Sequence record: PQ567651.1
DNA: 64,000 bases
Reading direction: 5' to 3' (one strand)
Origin: Escherichia phage cardinal
Every line of letters starts with the position of its first letter. Within the stretch, counting starts at the first letter, position 1. The translations under genes and the position numbers were made by a program. A model generated the notes under the pieces. It worked only from the letters and a program-made list of their open reading frames with translations. It was not told the DNA's origin and made no database searches. Shown in pieces: positions 18,245 to 27,967 of this stretch.

Positions 18245-18721
18245 ATGTCTAAACGTTTTGGTCGTAATCAAAAAAGAAAGTTAAGTGCTCAACTAGCAGC
18301 TTTGCAAAAAGAGGTTAACACTTTACAAAAAAGTGTTTGTGAACTTAAGGAACAAAACCAACTTGAAAAAGAGTGTATCCAGCTTACACAGGAAGTTATT
18401 GGTGAGTATTTTCCTTCACTAGTTCCTAAGAAGGTGGCTCTTAGGGAAAATCTACCTTTTACCTTGTCCTTAATGCAAGCAAATGATAGATTCCAAACTG
18501 AAACTGATGATTTGATGTTTGCAATGCATCAATTACATGGTTTAGAATATACAGCACAAGTGGATAAACTTCGTAACATGTTATATGTGCGGGTAGAAAC
18601 ACCTAAAGGTGAGACAGTAGCTTTTAATTATAATTTCCAACAGCTACCTGATCATATTATTGAACAAATTTTAAAACGAGATTTTGTTCCTATGCTTGTT
18701 AAACAAATTAAGAGAGGTTGA
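18245..18721 (+). CDS. hypothetical protein with N-terminal coiled coil
   Basis: 158-aa ORF; heptad-like QLAALQKEVNTLQKSVCELKEQNQLEKE. Confidence 0.5.
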   Translation: MSKRFGRNQKRKLSAQLAALQKEVNTLQKSVCELKEQNQLEKECIQLTQEVIGEYFPSLVPKKVALRENLPFTLSLMQANDRFQTETDDLMFAMHQLHGLEYTAQVDKLRNMLYVRVETPKGETVAFNYNFQQLPDHIIEQILKRDFVPMLVKQIKRG

Positions 18722-18722
18722 A

Positions 18723-21497
18723 ATGGCTAAGAAAGAGTTGAGCTTCACTCCGACAGAAGAGCAAACAGCTATTAAGGAGGCTTTTCCAGATCATCGCTTT
18801 TTAACTATCCAAGCTAAATCTGGATCAGGTAAAACGTCAACACTTTATTTGCTGGCTAACAGTACAGAAGATCGCATTCTTTACTTAGCTTTCAATAAAA
18901 GCATGGCAGAAGAAGCACGACGTAAGATGCCACCAAATGTAGAATGCCGTACATTGCATTCTATTTGCTATCAATTCCTGGATCATCGTTTACGTGCAAA
19001 ACTGTCACGACCAGAAGGACAGTATGTTAACGTTGCAGGTACAGGTAGCGAGATAGCAAAGAAATTTAAGATTAATAATCTTATTGATAAACGAGGGAAA
19101 ACACTTTTAACTCGTGCTATGATTGGTTTAATGATCAAGCAAACCGTAGGTAAGTTTGAATTTTCGGATGATCCTTTTATCAGCCGTAAACATTTTCCTA
19201 GTGTACATCTTGCAGATATTAAAAGAAAAGGTATTAACGAACACAAACTAATTACAGAAGTAGTTAAGTATGCAAAACAATTGTGGCGAGAGCGCATCGA
19301 TCCTAACACAGATACTTTGATGACGCATGACACCTATGTAAAATTGTTTGAATTGTCTGGTGCTGATCTTGGTTATGACATTATTTTTGGGGATGAATTC
19401 CAGGATGTTAACCCTGCATTCTTGTCTATTCTGCGAAATGCTAAATCTGCAAAACAAATTGTGGTAGTTGGCGATGAATTCCAATGTGTGTCGGAAAACA
19501 CGGTACTTAACACCGAGAATGGTCAGGTTACAATGAAAGACCTGCAAATCGGTGATAAGGTAGAGTCTTATTCTAATGGTAAAGTTACATTTAGAAAAGT
19601 AACAAATAAGACTTTATCTACACGTACAAAAGGTAGGAATATTATTACTGCTACAGGTAAAACTTTAGATATGACACATAACCATCGTATTTGGGCTTCA
19701 TCCTATGTTCTGAAAGATGACCAGATGGTGGTATACCTAATGTGGAGGAAAGATTTAGGTTTCCGAGTAGGGATCACTAACAAATTCGATGATAAAGAAG
19801 GTTTTTCTAAACTGGGGCAACGTACACGTTCTGAAAAAGCACAGAAATTATGGGTGTTGGACATTGTTGAAAATCGCGAAGCTGCTATGGAAAAAGAAAT
19901 GGCATACAGTTTACAATATGGCATTCCTACTTGTGTATTTGAAGCAAGTTCACGCGGCATTAATCAAGAAAGGATCAATAACATCTTTGAACAATTCGGA
20001 CAAAATGGTTTTAAACTTTTAGAGGATAAAGATTATCATTTTGCTTATCCACACTGGCACAGCATCAATTGTGCAGTAGATGAAAGAAAAATGCTAACAG
20101 TGACTTTGCGAGCACAAAGTTGTAAAGGAACACAAGTTAGTTTTGAGTGGACAGAAAGTGAAATGCCGATCTATTCTTCACTGATTAAAGCAGGTGTAAG
20201 CGTAAGTGCTGCTAAATTGGAAGGTCGTTACCGTGTACGTAAATATTTCAATTCTTATCGTGAAGCATTGAGTTTTGCACAAAAGATCCTTGAAATAGTT
20301 CCGTTTGCATCTTTAAAAGAATGCATGTCCTCTGTGAACAGTGCCAAATATAACTTAATTCCGGCAGCGGGTTTGTTTAAAGGCATGTCTGTGTTGGTAA
20401 AAGATGGTGATACTGTAACGGCAGAAGAGATTGTGGATATTGTAGATAGTGAGGGTATCTATTATGATATTGAAGTAGAGGATACTGCTAACTTCTTTGG
20501 CAATGAAATTCTTAGCCACAACTGCATTTATCAATTTAGAGGTAGCTCTAATATGATGATTGAAACAGCTAAGTATGGGGCAGAACTTCCATTAACTGCT
20601 TGCTTCCGTTTTGGCCCCAAAGTGGCAAACATTGCCAATATGATTTTAAGCGATAAAGAACCTTTGCGTCATCCTTTGGTTGGTAAAGGCTTTGATACTG
20701 TAGTAGGTAGCTACAAATCAGATGTTGTAGACTATACAAAACCTTACACTATCATCTTTCGCAAGAATTTAACCTTGCTTATGGAGGCAATGGATCGTAT
20801 TGCAGATGGGGAAGAAATTATTATTAACGTAGATACCAGGGATTTTATCTCTATGGTAGATAGTGTTAATGCTCTTCGGAGAGGAGATATTGAGAAAGTA
20901 AAACATGAAACTGTATTACCTTACGCAGACTGGGATGAATTTGTTGAGTGTGCAGAGGCTGATCCAGATGCTAAACGCTTGTTAAACATCGTAGTTTCTG
21001 GTAAGGCGAACACCATAGCACATACACTTAGAACGCACAGAAATTCTCCTACAGCAAAAGTCACACTTACTACAGCACACAAGTCTAAAGGTTTGGAGTG
21101 GGATCAGGTTATTGTTGCTAATGATTTTCCTTCCAACTATGATAAAAAGACTGGTGAATGGGTAGGACTAGAAGAGGCAGAGCGAAACCTACTGTATGTA
21201 GCGCATACCCGTTGTGTTAAATGCTTACAATGGAACACAACCGTACAGGAGATTATAGATATCAATCGTGTTGCAACAGAGAAAGTACCAACAAGCACCA
21301 CTTTACCGATCAATGGTATTAAACTTGGTGTATTTGGCGCTGGCACATCTCGAAAAACTGTAGAAAAATTTGTTGCAGATTCTTTTGATGGTAACTATAA
21401 TCATGCACAAGCATATGAGAGTTGGTTAGAGGAAGGTGAAGGTGATTTTTTAGGTGAAATAAATCTTTTACCAGACATAAATAAACTGGTAAACTAA
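18723..21497 (+). CDS. UvrD/PcrA-like SF1 DNA helicase containing an intein
   Basis: Walker A AKSGSGKTST, motif II FGDEFQDVN, motif III split as VVGDEFQ | intein | CIYQFRGSS; precursor 924 aa. Confidence 0.8.
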   Translation: MAKKELSFTPTEEQTAIKEAFPDHRFLTIQAKSGSGKTSTLYLLANSTEDRILYLAFNKSMAEEARRKMPPNVECRTLHSICYQFLDHRLRAKLSRPEGQYVNVAGTGSEIAKKFKINNLIDKRGKTLLTRAMIGLMIKQTVGKFEFSDDPFISRKHFPSVHLADIKRKGINEHKLITEVVKYAKQLWRERIDPNTDTLMTHDTYVKLFELSGADLGYDIIFGDEFQDVNPAFLSILRNAKSAKQIVVVGDEFQCVSENTVLNTENGQVTMKDLQIGDKVESYSNGKVTFRKVTNKTLSTRTKGRNIITATGKTLDMTHNHRIWASSYVLKDDQMVVYLMWRKDLGFRVGITNKFDDKEGFSKLGQRTRSEKAQKLWVLDIVENREAAMEKEMAYSLQYGIPTCVFEASSRGINQERINNIFEQFGQNGFKLLEDKDYHFAYPHWHSINCAVDERKMLTVTLRAQSCKGTQVSFEWTESEMPIYSSLIKAGVSVSAAKLEGRYRVRKYFNSYREALSFAQKILEIVPFASLKECMSSVNSAKYNLIPAAGLFKGMSVLVKDGDTVTAEEIVDIVDSEGIYYDIEVEDTANFFGNEILSHNCIYQFRGSSNMMIETAKYGAELPLTACFRFGPKVANIANMILSDKEPLRHPLVGKGFDTVVGSYKSDVVDYTKPYTIIFRKNLTLLMEAMDRIADGEEIIINVDTRDFISMVDSVNALRRGDIEKVKHETVLPYADWDEFVECAEADPDAKRLLNIVVSGKANTIAHTLRTHRNSPTAKVTLTTAHKSKGLEWDQVIVANDFPSNYDKKTGEWVGLEEAERNLLYVAHTRCVKCLQWNTTVQEIIDINRVATEKVPTSTTLPINGIKLGVFGAGTSRKTVEKFVADSFDGNYNHAQAYESWLEEGEGDFLGEINLLPDINKLVN
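19485..20522 (+). mobile_element. intein (346 aa) inserted in helicase motif III
   Basis: Begins with Cys (CVSENTVLNTENGQV...), ends ...EILSHN followed by +1 Cys; extein junction restores GDEFQ-CIYQFRG. Confidence 0.7.
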
Positions 21498-21507
21498 GGG
21501 GGTTAAA

Positions 21508-21759
21508 GTGGCAGGGTATCATTTGAAGGAGATTAGCAAAGAGGAATATGGTTCTATTGCTAAGATTCAAGAAGAGCTTTATGAACTTCAAGATGCTATT
21601 GATCAAGATTGCAAGCTGATGCAACTTATTGAGTTATCAGATATTGTAGGCGCTGTTGAAGGTGTTCTTGAACAACATTTTCCTGATATGACGCTTCAAG
21701 ATTTGATCACTATGTCAAACATTACTAAACGTGCATTCCGCAATGGAGGTCGATCATGA
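21508..21759 (+). CDS. hypothetical protein
   Basis: 83-aa ORF; GTG start after GGGGG RBS. Confidence 0.4.
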   Translation: MAGYHLKEISKEEYGSIAKIQEELYELQDAIDQDCKLMQLIELSDIVGAVEGVLEQHFPDMTLQDLITMSNITKRAFRNGGRS

Positions 21760-22328
21760 ATGTTGCAGTAATAGCTCAAGCTGTTGATTACTATGGTCGG
21801 TTTGCACAAATGTTGGAAGTTCCATATCTCGTGGATGCTGATATACTGGCGTACACACTACCAGAAAATAAAGAGGATCGCCCATTAGGGCATCCTAACG
21901 GTAAATACTATGTAGCTAGTGCAGAACAATCTTTCCTGCAAATGGAGAAGGATGGTTTTGAATTTGCAGCAGGAAATCCTTACATGGCACTAACACCATG
22001 TTACCGTACAGAAGAAAATTTAGATGATACTCATTTTAATATTTTCTTGAAATTGGAGTTGATTGAGTTCTACCCTGATGCTACAATTGAAGAGTATGCT
22101 AACTCTATGCGCTGTTTCTTCTCTACTTATTATGGAGTTAAAACATATTTAGTACCCACTAATATTGGGGTTGACGTAGAGGATGAATATGGTTTAGAAT
22201 TAGGTTCATTCGGTATAAGGGAGTCTCCAAAAGGTCATCCTTATATCTATGCAACAGGTATTGCGGAGCCTAGGGCTTCACTGGCAATAAACCGTGTTGT
22301 AAATAAGATTCAAAGCATTAGCAAATAA
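21756..22328 (+). CDS. class II aminoacyl-tRNA-synthetase-like / AsnA-like catalytic core (minimal)
   Basis: TPCYRTEENLDDTHFNIFLKLELIEFY resembles class II motif 2 (CFRNE...H.PEFT.LE.Y); only 190 aa. Confidence 0.35.
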   Translation: MNVAVIAQAVDYYGRFAQMLEVPYLVDADILAYTLPENKEDRPLGHPNGKYYVASAEQSFLQMEKDGFEFAAGNPYMALTPCYRTEENLDDTHFNIFLKLELIEFYPDATIEEYANSMRCFFSTYYGVKTYLVPTNIGVDVEDEYGLELGSFGIRESPKGHPYIYATGIAEPRASLAINRVVNKIQSISK

Positions 22329-22340
22329 GAGGAGAATAGA

Positions 22341-22775
22341 ATGTCTATTGTGACACAAATGAAAGCAGATCGTATCTTAGCACGTACAACCGATAAGGGT
22401 GCTTTTGCTTTGTTAACTAATATTATTGGTGAGTTTGACCTTGCTCGTACTCAAAAGGCAAATCTGAATAAATCAGAAGATGATATTATGATTAACATTG
22501 TTAAGATTGGTATTGCACACGCTAAAGAGGAACTAGACTCGCTTAAGAAAGTTAATGCCTCCATTAGCAAATGTGAGCGAGCTATGCGTGATATCACCAC
22601 TCTGGAGAAATATTTACCAGAAATGCTATCTGAAGATGATCTTCGAGCTATTGCCGAAGAATTTGCCTTGACAGGCAAGAAAATGCCAGATATGATGAAA
22701 CACCTTAAAGCAGAGTATCCGAATCAATATGATGGAAAACTTGCTTCTACCATTGCAAAAGAAATTTTAAACTAA
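22341..22775 (+). CDS. GatB/YqeY-domain protein
   Basis: LEKYLPEMLSEDDLRAIAEEF...DGKLASTIAKEIL aligns with the YqeY motif (YLP..LSDEEL ... DGK..S..V...L). Confidence 0.55.
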   Translation: MSIVTQMKADRILARTTDKGAFALLTNIIGEFDLARTQKANLNKSEDDIMINIVKIGIAHAKEELDSLKKVNASISKCERAMRDITTLEKYLPEMLSEDDLRAIAEEFALTGKKMPDMMKHLKAEYPNQYDGKLASTIAKEILN

Positions 22776-22792
22776 TTTAGAAGGAGAACATA

Positions 22793-23743
22793 ATGATTGC
22801 ATTTTACGCTAATAAACTGGAAGTTAAAAAAGCAGCAGAAGAGATGGGTATCCTGCATATTCTTAATGAAGCAATTCACAAAAGTTTTGGTTACACATCT
22901 GAAGCAGAAATCAATGATCTGATTCATAGTGTTAATGACTTGTTCTTCTATCCTAACTTCCTACAGCAATTAGATGGTTGTGGATTTGAATATATGGAAC
23001 TTCACCCTGAATACACATTTATGGAAGTAACACCTGAAGGTTTTCTGGAGATTATTCGTACTGAATATCTTGCCAACGAGGATAAAGAAATGGATATGGT
23101 TGCAAAAGTACAACTGACTGTGCATAATACGTGTTTCCTGGATACTAGTGCAACGGAAGAAGATATTAGTTATCTGCTTTCCGTTTGTAATCCGCATTGT
23201 CCACAACCACATTGGAAAGATGCAGACCATTATCTAACATATTCAACTGAAGAAAACATTACTTTCTTCGATGAAAACAGTGGTATTAATGGTGCACATA
23301 AGAATTCTCCATATAGGAAAGATCGGTTTGTAGTTGATGTAAAAACATTTACTAAACTGTTTGAGGAGTATTATTCAAAAAATGAAAGTAAGACTGAATC
23401 TTCACCAAAACCACGTTTTCGTCGTCCACGTAAACCTGTGCCTACTCGTTCTGTAAGTTATGTTCGTATCATTTACACTACGCAGCAGGTATATACTCTT
23501 AAGAACGTAAGCACTCTTACTGTACAAGAAGATGTAATTAATATTGTGCGTAATAATGTTATTACAGAGGGTATTGAGGAAAAGATTATGTCTGTTATCG
23601 ATCCTAAACTTGTTATGGCAATCATTATTAATGAACCAAAAGGTGTAACAACATTGTTCCGAAATATTCATGGCACTTGGGAAACTCAAGTTGACGGTTT
23701 GACTTCTGACGGTTGTACACGTATTACCAAAAACCTTGACTAA
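22793..23743 (+). CDS. hypothetical protein
   Basis: 316-aa ORF with AAGGAG RBS; no recognisable domain; terminator downstream. Confidence 0.55.
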   Translation: MIAFYANKLEVKKAAEEMGILHILNEAIHKSFGYTSEAEINDLIHSVNDLFFYPNFLQQLDGCGFEYMELHPEYTFMEVTPEGFLEIIRTEYLANEDKEMDMVAKVQLTVHNTCFLDTSATEEDISYLLSVCNPHCPQPHWKDADHYLTYSTEENITFFDENSGINGAHKNSPYRKDRFVVDVKTFTKLFEEYYSKNESKTESSPKPRFRRPRKPVPTRSVSYVRIIYTTQQVYTLKNVSTLTVQEDVINIVRNNVITEGIEEKIMSVIDPKLVMAIIINEPKGVTTLFRNIHGTWETQVDGLTSDGCTRITKNLD

Positions 23744-23791
23744 GATCAAGGACAATCTTACGAAAAAGATTTAAAATAAAGATCCACCCTA

Positions 23792-23819
23792 AAGCCAGCA
23801 TTAAGCTGGCTTTTATTTT
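23792..23819 (+). terminator. intrinsic terminator
   Basis: aagccagc-atta-gctggctt stem-loop followed by ttattttc. Confidence 0.55.
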
Positions 23820-23832
23820 CCACGGAGGATTA

Positions 23833-24690
23833 ATGACCCAAAAACTATATGAGGATGTAATCGGATTCCTCGAACAAACATCCGAAGAATTTACTCGTGA
23901 AAATGCAAACAAACCTGCAATGATTGTTAATACTCACCGAGATTTACTAGCAGGTATCCTAAGCAAGCACATGGCAATGACCCATATTTTACCTGAAGAT
24001 TTAGCAGAATGGCATAAAAGTGGGTATGGTCACATCCACGATTTAGATTATTTACTCTCACCTTTAACTAATTGTTGCCTGGTAAATTACCAAGATATGC
24101 TTGAGAACGGTTTCCGTATTGGTAATGCACATATTGAAAAACCAAAATCTATCGGTGTAGCGACTACTGTCCTAACTCAAATTATTCAAGCAGTAGCTTC
24201 TAGCCAATATGGTGGACAAACTTGTGCACATGTTGATACTGGGCTTAGTCAATACGTTAAAGCAAGTTTTAATAAAATATATGCCGATGTTGGCGATTAT
24301 GATATTGCTATGCGTATGGTAGATAAACAGGTCTATGATGCAATGCAAACTTTAATCTACCAGGTGAACACTCTAATGAGTGTAAATGGTCAGTCACCTT
24401 TTATAACAATTAGTTTAGGTTTGGATACCTCTGCTTTTGGTAGAATGATCACTAAAAACTACCTAATGGTGCACAAACAAGGATTGGGAAAAGATAGGGT
24501 AACTCCTGTGTTTCCTAAAGTTATCTTCTTCTTGGAAGATGGTGTTAACATGAAAGCTGGCGATCCAAACTATGATTTGAAGCAACTGGCAATGGAGTGT
24601 TGTGCTGAACGCATTTATCCTGATTTTATCTCTGTACCTTTAAACAAAGAAGTTACAGGATCTTCAGATGGTCGCGTCACAAGCATGGGT
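23833..24690 (+). CDS. nrdD: anaerobic ribonucleoside-triphosphate reductase, exon 1
   Basis: Aligns with E. coli NrdD from NENANK...RDLLAGI through GDPNYDLKQLAMEC to ...VTGS...MG; exon ends on U after the Gly codon. Confidence 0.85.
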
Positions 24691-24970
24691 AAACTATAAC
24701 TGCTCATGTAAAATCTGCCTAAACGGGGGAACTCTCAACGAGACAATCCCGTGCTAAACGTAACAGAACTCCCAACACAGAAGAAGGGGGGTACTATTAC
24801 GAAATGCCTAACGACTAGCTGTGATGAATGTAGCAGCGTAGGGTGTAAGCCTATGACACCCCAAATGGTAGACATGCTTTAAGCATGAAGATATAGTCTG
24901 ATCTGCATGGTGACATGCAGCAGCACGTAATGGTGCGGGAGTGGCCTTGCGAGCCACTTTGAACATAATG
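24691..24970 (+). mobile_element. group I self-splicing intron (ORF-less) in nrdD
   Basis: 280 nt separating two NrdD halves that sit in different frames; core element ctaaacgggggaactctc...gacaatcccgtgctaaa closely resembles the phage T4 td/nrd intron core; 5' exon ends in U and intron ends in G. Confidence 0.75.
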
Positions 24971-25912
24971 TGTAGAAGTTTCTTGTCATACTATGCAACA
25001 GAGCAAGGTGAAAAATATGATGGTCGTTTCAACTTAGGCGTAGTTTCTTTAAACTTACCTATCATTGCAGCAGAGTCCCGTGAAAAGGGCATCTTATTTA
25101 CTGAACTGTTGGAACAACATATGGAGATGGCGTATAAGGCACATATGCTACGTGTTAACCGTATTAGACATACCAAAGCATCTCAAAACCCTACATTGTT
25201 TATGGAAGGGGCTTTAGCTCGACTAGAAGCTAATGAAGAGATTGGTAAACTATTTGAAGGTGGTTATGCCTCTATTAGTATCGGTTATGTAGGTTTAGCA
25301 GAAGCTATGGAGATTTTATACCCAAATAACACCAATCCAAAAGCAATGGGTAAAAACATCCTTCAATATATGAAGGATATCTGTTGCACATTTAAAGAAC
25401 GTTCTGGTTTAGCTTTTAGTTTGTATGGAACACCAGCAGAATCCTTGTGCTATAAATTTGCCAAAGCGTTAAATGATCGCTATCCTGGCTCTATTGATCG
25501 TGACTATTTGACAAACTCTTTCCATCAACCTGTATGGATGCACACTACCCCGTTCCAAAAGTGGGATTATGAGGAAGGTTTTGCACAAATTAGTAATGGT
25601 GGGAACATAGGTTATGTAGAAACACCAAACCTTAAAAATAACTTGCAAGCACTGGAAACTCTTGTAGATTATGCCTACAATAAAATTCCTTATTTTGGCG
25701 TGAACCAACCTGTAGATCAGTGTTTCAAATGTGGTTTTCATGGTGAATTTAAGGCAACAGCTAAAGGCTTCGAGTGTCCAAGTTGTGGAAATCATGAAGA
25801 AGAATCCATATCTGTGATCAGAAGAGTGTCAGGATACCTTTCTGCTCCTAACTCTCGCCCTTATAATAAAGGTAAGATGCAAGAGGTACTAGAAAGGGAG
25901 AAACACTTTTGA
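24971..25912 (+). CDS. nrdD: anaerobic ribonucleoside-triphosphate reductase, exon 2
   Basis: Begins CRSFLS (E. coli MGCRSFLG), contains NLGVVSLNLP, the C..C...C..C zinc ribbon and glycyl-radical motif RRVSGYL. Confidence 0.85.
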   Translation, partial: CRSFLSYYATEQGEKYDGRFNLGVVSLNLPIIAAESREKGILFTELLEQHMEMAYKAHMLRVNRIRHTKASQNPTLFMEGALARLEANEEIGKLFEGGYASISIGYVGLAEAMEILYPNNTNPKAMGKNILQYMKDICCTFKERSGLAFSLYGTPAESLCYKFAKALNDRYPGSIDRDYLTNSFHQPVWMHTTPFQKWDYEEGFAQISNGGNIGYVETPNLKNNLQALETLVDYAYNKIPYFGVNQPVDQCFKCGFHGEFKATAKGFECPSCGNHEEESISVIRRVSGYLSAPNSRPYNKGKMQEVLEREKHF

Positions 25913-26379
25913 ATTACGCCGGATATGAACCTGTTGACATGCTCAACGGTGACGGTGTAAGATGCTCTTTGTGGGTGAGCGGTTGTAGCCACGGTTGCCG
26001 TGGCTGCTTTAACCAGAAAGCCTGGTCGTATAACTACGGACAAGAGTTCACTGCTGAAACATTAGATCTTATCTTGGAAGATTTATCTCGACCTTTCATT
26101 AAAGGATTAACAGTTTTAGGTGGTGAACCTCTTGACAAAGAGAACATTGACACTGTAGAGTATGTTCTTGAGAAGGTAAGAGATTGTTTTGGAAACAAAA
26201 AAGATATTGTCTTATATACAGGATATCTTTTTGAAGAAATTCCAGAGAAAATTAAAAAACTGGTTGACATAGTGATAGATGGTAAGTATGATATGAATCA
26301 ACCAACAACGAAACGTTATAGAGGTTCAGATAATCAACGAATGTGGGTTAAGAAAGACAACATTTGGGAATCTGACTAA
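25909..26379 (+). CDS. nrdG: anaerobic RNR activating protein (radical SAM)
   Basis: CSLWVSGCSHGCRGCFN cysteine-cluster motif; immediately downstream of nrdD; TTG start overlapping the nrdD stop. Confidence 0.8.
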   Translation: MNYAGYEPVDMLNGDGVRCSLWVSGCSHGCRGCFNQKAWSYNYGQEFTAETLDLILEDLSRPFIKGLTVLGGEPLDKENIDTVEYVLEKVRDCFGNKKDIVLYTGYLFEEIPEKIKKLVDIVIDGKYDMNQPTTKRYRGSDNQRMWVKKDNIWESD

Positions 26380-26399
26380 ATTAAATAGAGGAGAAAACT

Positions 26400-27560
26400 A
26401 TGTTTACAGTATTCGGCAATCAAATCTTTCTGCGTCAGAAATCTGGTACAGATATTGAAGAAATTCCAGCAGGAACTTTTGGTGTAGGTGTTACTCAAAG
26501 TGGTGAGTTCTTCCTGTATCCTAAAAACGATATGGAAGTCCCTTCAGTAACATACGGTGATACTGATGATAAATCAGAACGTATTATCAAAACGTTCCTT
26601 AGCCGCAAAGGTAAAAACACAGGTGTTCTCCTTGAAGGTACGAAAGGTAGCGGTAAAACTTTGCAAGCTAAAATGCTGTCTTCTGCTCTTCGTGAAATGG
26701 GTATTCCTACTATTTCTATCGGTAGTGCTTTTAATGGTGAAGGCTTTATCAATTTTATGTCTAAAATCACACAACCTGTGATGATTATGATCGATGAATT
26801 TGATAAACTGTATGCTGAAAAAGATGCACAAGATGGTTTGCTTACCCTGCTGGATGGTGTTGGTGGCTACGACAAACTGTTTGTATTGACTAAAAATGAT
26901 GGTTATGTATCAGAATTTTTGCGTAATCGTCCTAGCCGTATTTTCTACAGTTTTAGCTATAAGAAACTACCTAAAGCTACTATGGATGATTATCTGGCTA
27001 AAAATCTGGAGAACAAAGCCTTCTTACCAGACTTTGAAACGCTTTATAATCTCTCCGTGGATTTGAACTTTGATATTGTTCAGTCATTAGTAGAAGAACT
27101 TAACCGTTACCCTAATGACAAATTTTCTGATGCACTTGCACTAATGGGTATCAGTATTACTGAACACCGCTATGCTGCAAAAGAGGTTAAACTTCTGAAA
27201 GTTAACGGTGTAGATCGTACAGGAGATGTTTCGGCAGATACCGATATTGACGGTATGACAGCACAAGGTTTGTTTAGTGGTAATCGTTATGTTGTAGCTG
27301 TAGACCATAAACTAGGTGAAGAGCATCTTCCTGAAATGGAAGGGATCGTTACCGTAGAAGATAAAGATGAAGAAGGTGACTACTACTGGGGTGTAGACCG
27401 TATCTTGCTAACGTATGATGAAAAACACATCCGTACAATGGGTGGTGACGGTTATCACTTTATGTTCACCGATGATAAAGGTAACAACATTGAAGTTGTT
27501 ATTAAAAACAAAGAACGTAAAAACTACACAGAGTATGTGTTTGGTGGTCGTTCTTACTAA
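26400..27560 (+). CDS. AAA-type P-loop ATPase (paralog of 10260..11294)
   Basis: Walker A GTKGSGKT, Walker B MIMIDEFDK, LLTLLDG and LTKN blocks shared with the minus-strand paralog. Confidence 0.65.
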   Translation: MFTVFGNQIFLRQKSGTDIEEIPAGTFGVGVTQSGEFFLYPKNDMEVPSVTYGDTDDKSERIIKTFLSRKGKNTGVLLEGTKGSGKTLQAKMLSSALREMGIPTISIGSAFNGEGFINFMSKITQPVMIMIDEFDKLYAEKDAQDGLLTLLDGVGGYDKLFVLTKNDGYVSEFLRNRPSRIFYSFSYKKLPKATMDDYLAKNLENKAFLPDFETLYNLSVDLNFDIVQSLVEELNRYPNDKFSDALALMGISITEHRYAAKEVKLLKVNGVDRTGDVSADTDIDGMTAQGLFSGNRYVVAVDHKLGEEHLPEMEGIVTVEDKDEEGDYYWGVDRILLTYDEKHIRTMGGDGYHFMFTDDKGNNIEVVIKNKERKNYTEYVFGGRSY

Positions 27561-27566
27561 GTGATA

Positions 27567-27593
27567 AAAGGAGGCGAAAGCCTCCTTTATTTA
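27567..27593 (+). terminator. intrinsic terminator
   Basis: aaaggaggc-gaaa-gcctccttt followed by atttat. Confidence 0.5.
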
Positions 27594-27594
27594 T

Positions 27595-27798
27595 ATGGAG
27601 GGTATTATGGATCATTATTTTGTTTTTAAAGATAAAGTTGATACAGCAGGTGGTCACGTTGCTAAAAATGATCGTGACATTAAAGAAGTATTAGGAGATC
27701 TGATTAACATTTTAGAACAAAAAGAGTTGCTTTTAGATAAGGATATTGCTAGACTTCTTGGTGTGGGGATAAGTGATATACAAAGATTACCATTCTAA
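27595..27798 (+). CDS. hypothetical small protein
   Basis: 67-aa ORF. Confidence 0.4.
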   Translation: MEGIMDHYFVFKDKVDTAGGHVAKNDRDIKEVLGDLINILEQKELLLDKDIARLLGVGISDIQRLPF

Positions 27799-27967
27799 AG
27801 GGGAAGAAAATGCTTACAGATGATGAATATAAAGCTATCCAAGAAAAACTAACGGAGCTTGAAATTCTTGCTGTCAATATTAAAGATCAATCACATGCTG
27901 GAAAGTTACTACATCAAGAGATCAATAAAATTAAGCAGATGATATTCTTTTGGACGGAGGATTAAAA

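Noticed and set aside
22793-23743. 316-aa ORF as an N-terminal (ATP-cone) portion of NrdD separated by another intron
   Set aside because: No ATP-cone or NrdD similarity recognised; an intrinsic terminator and a separate RBS lie between it and nrdD exon 1.
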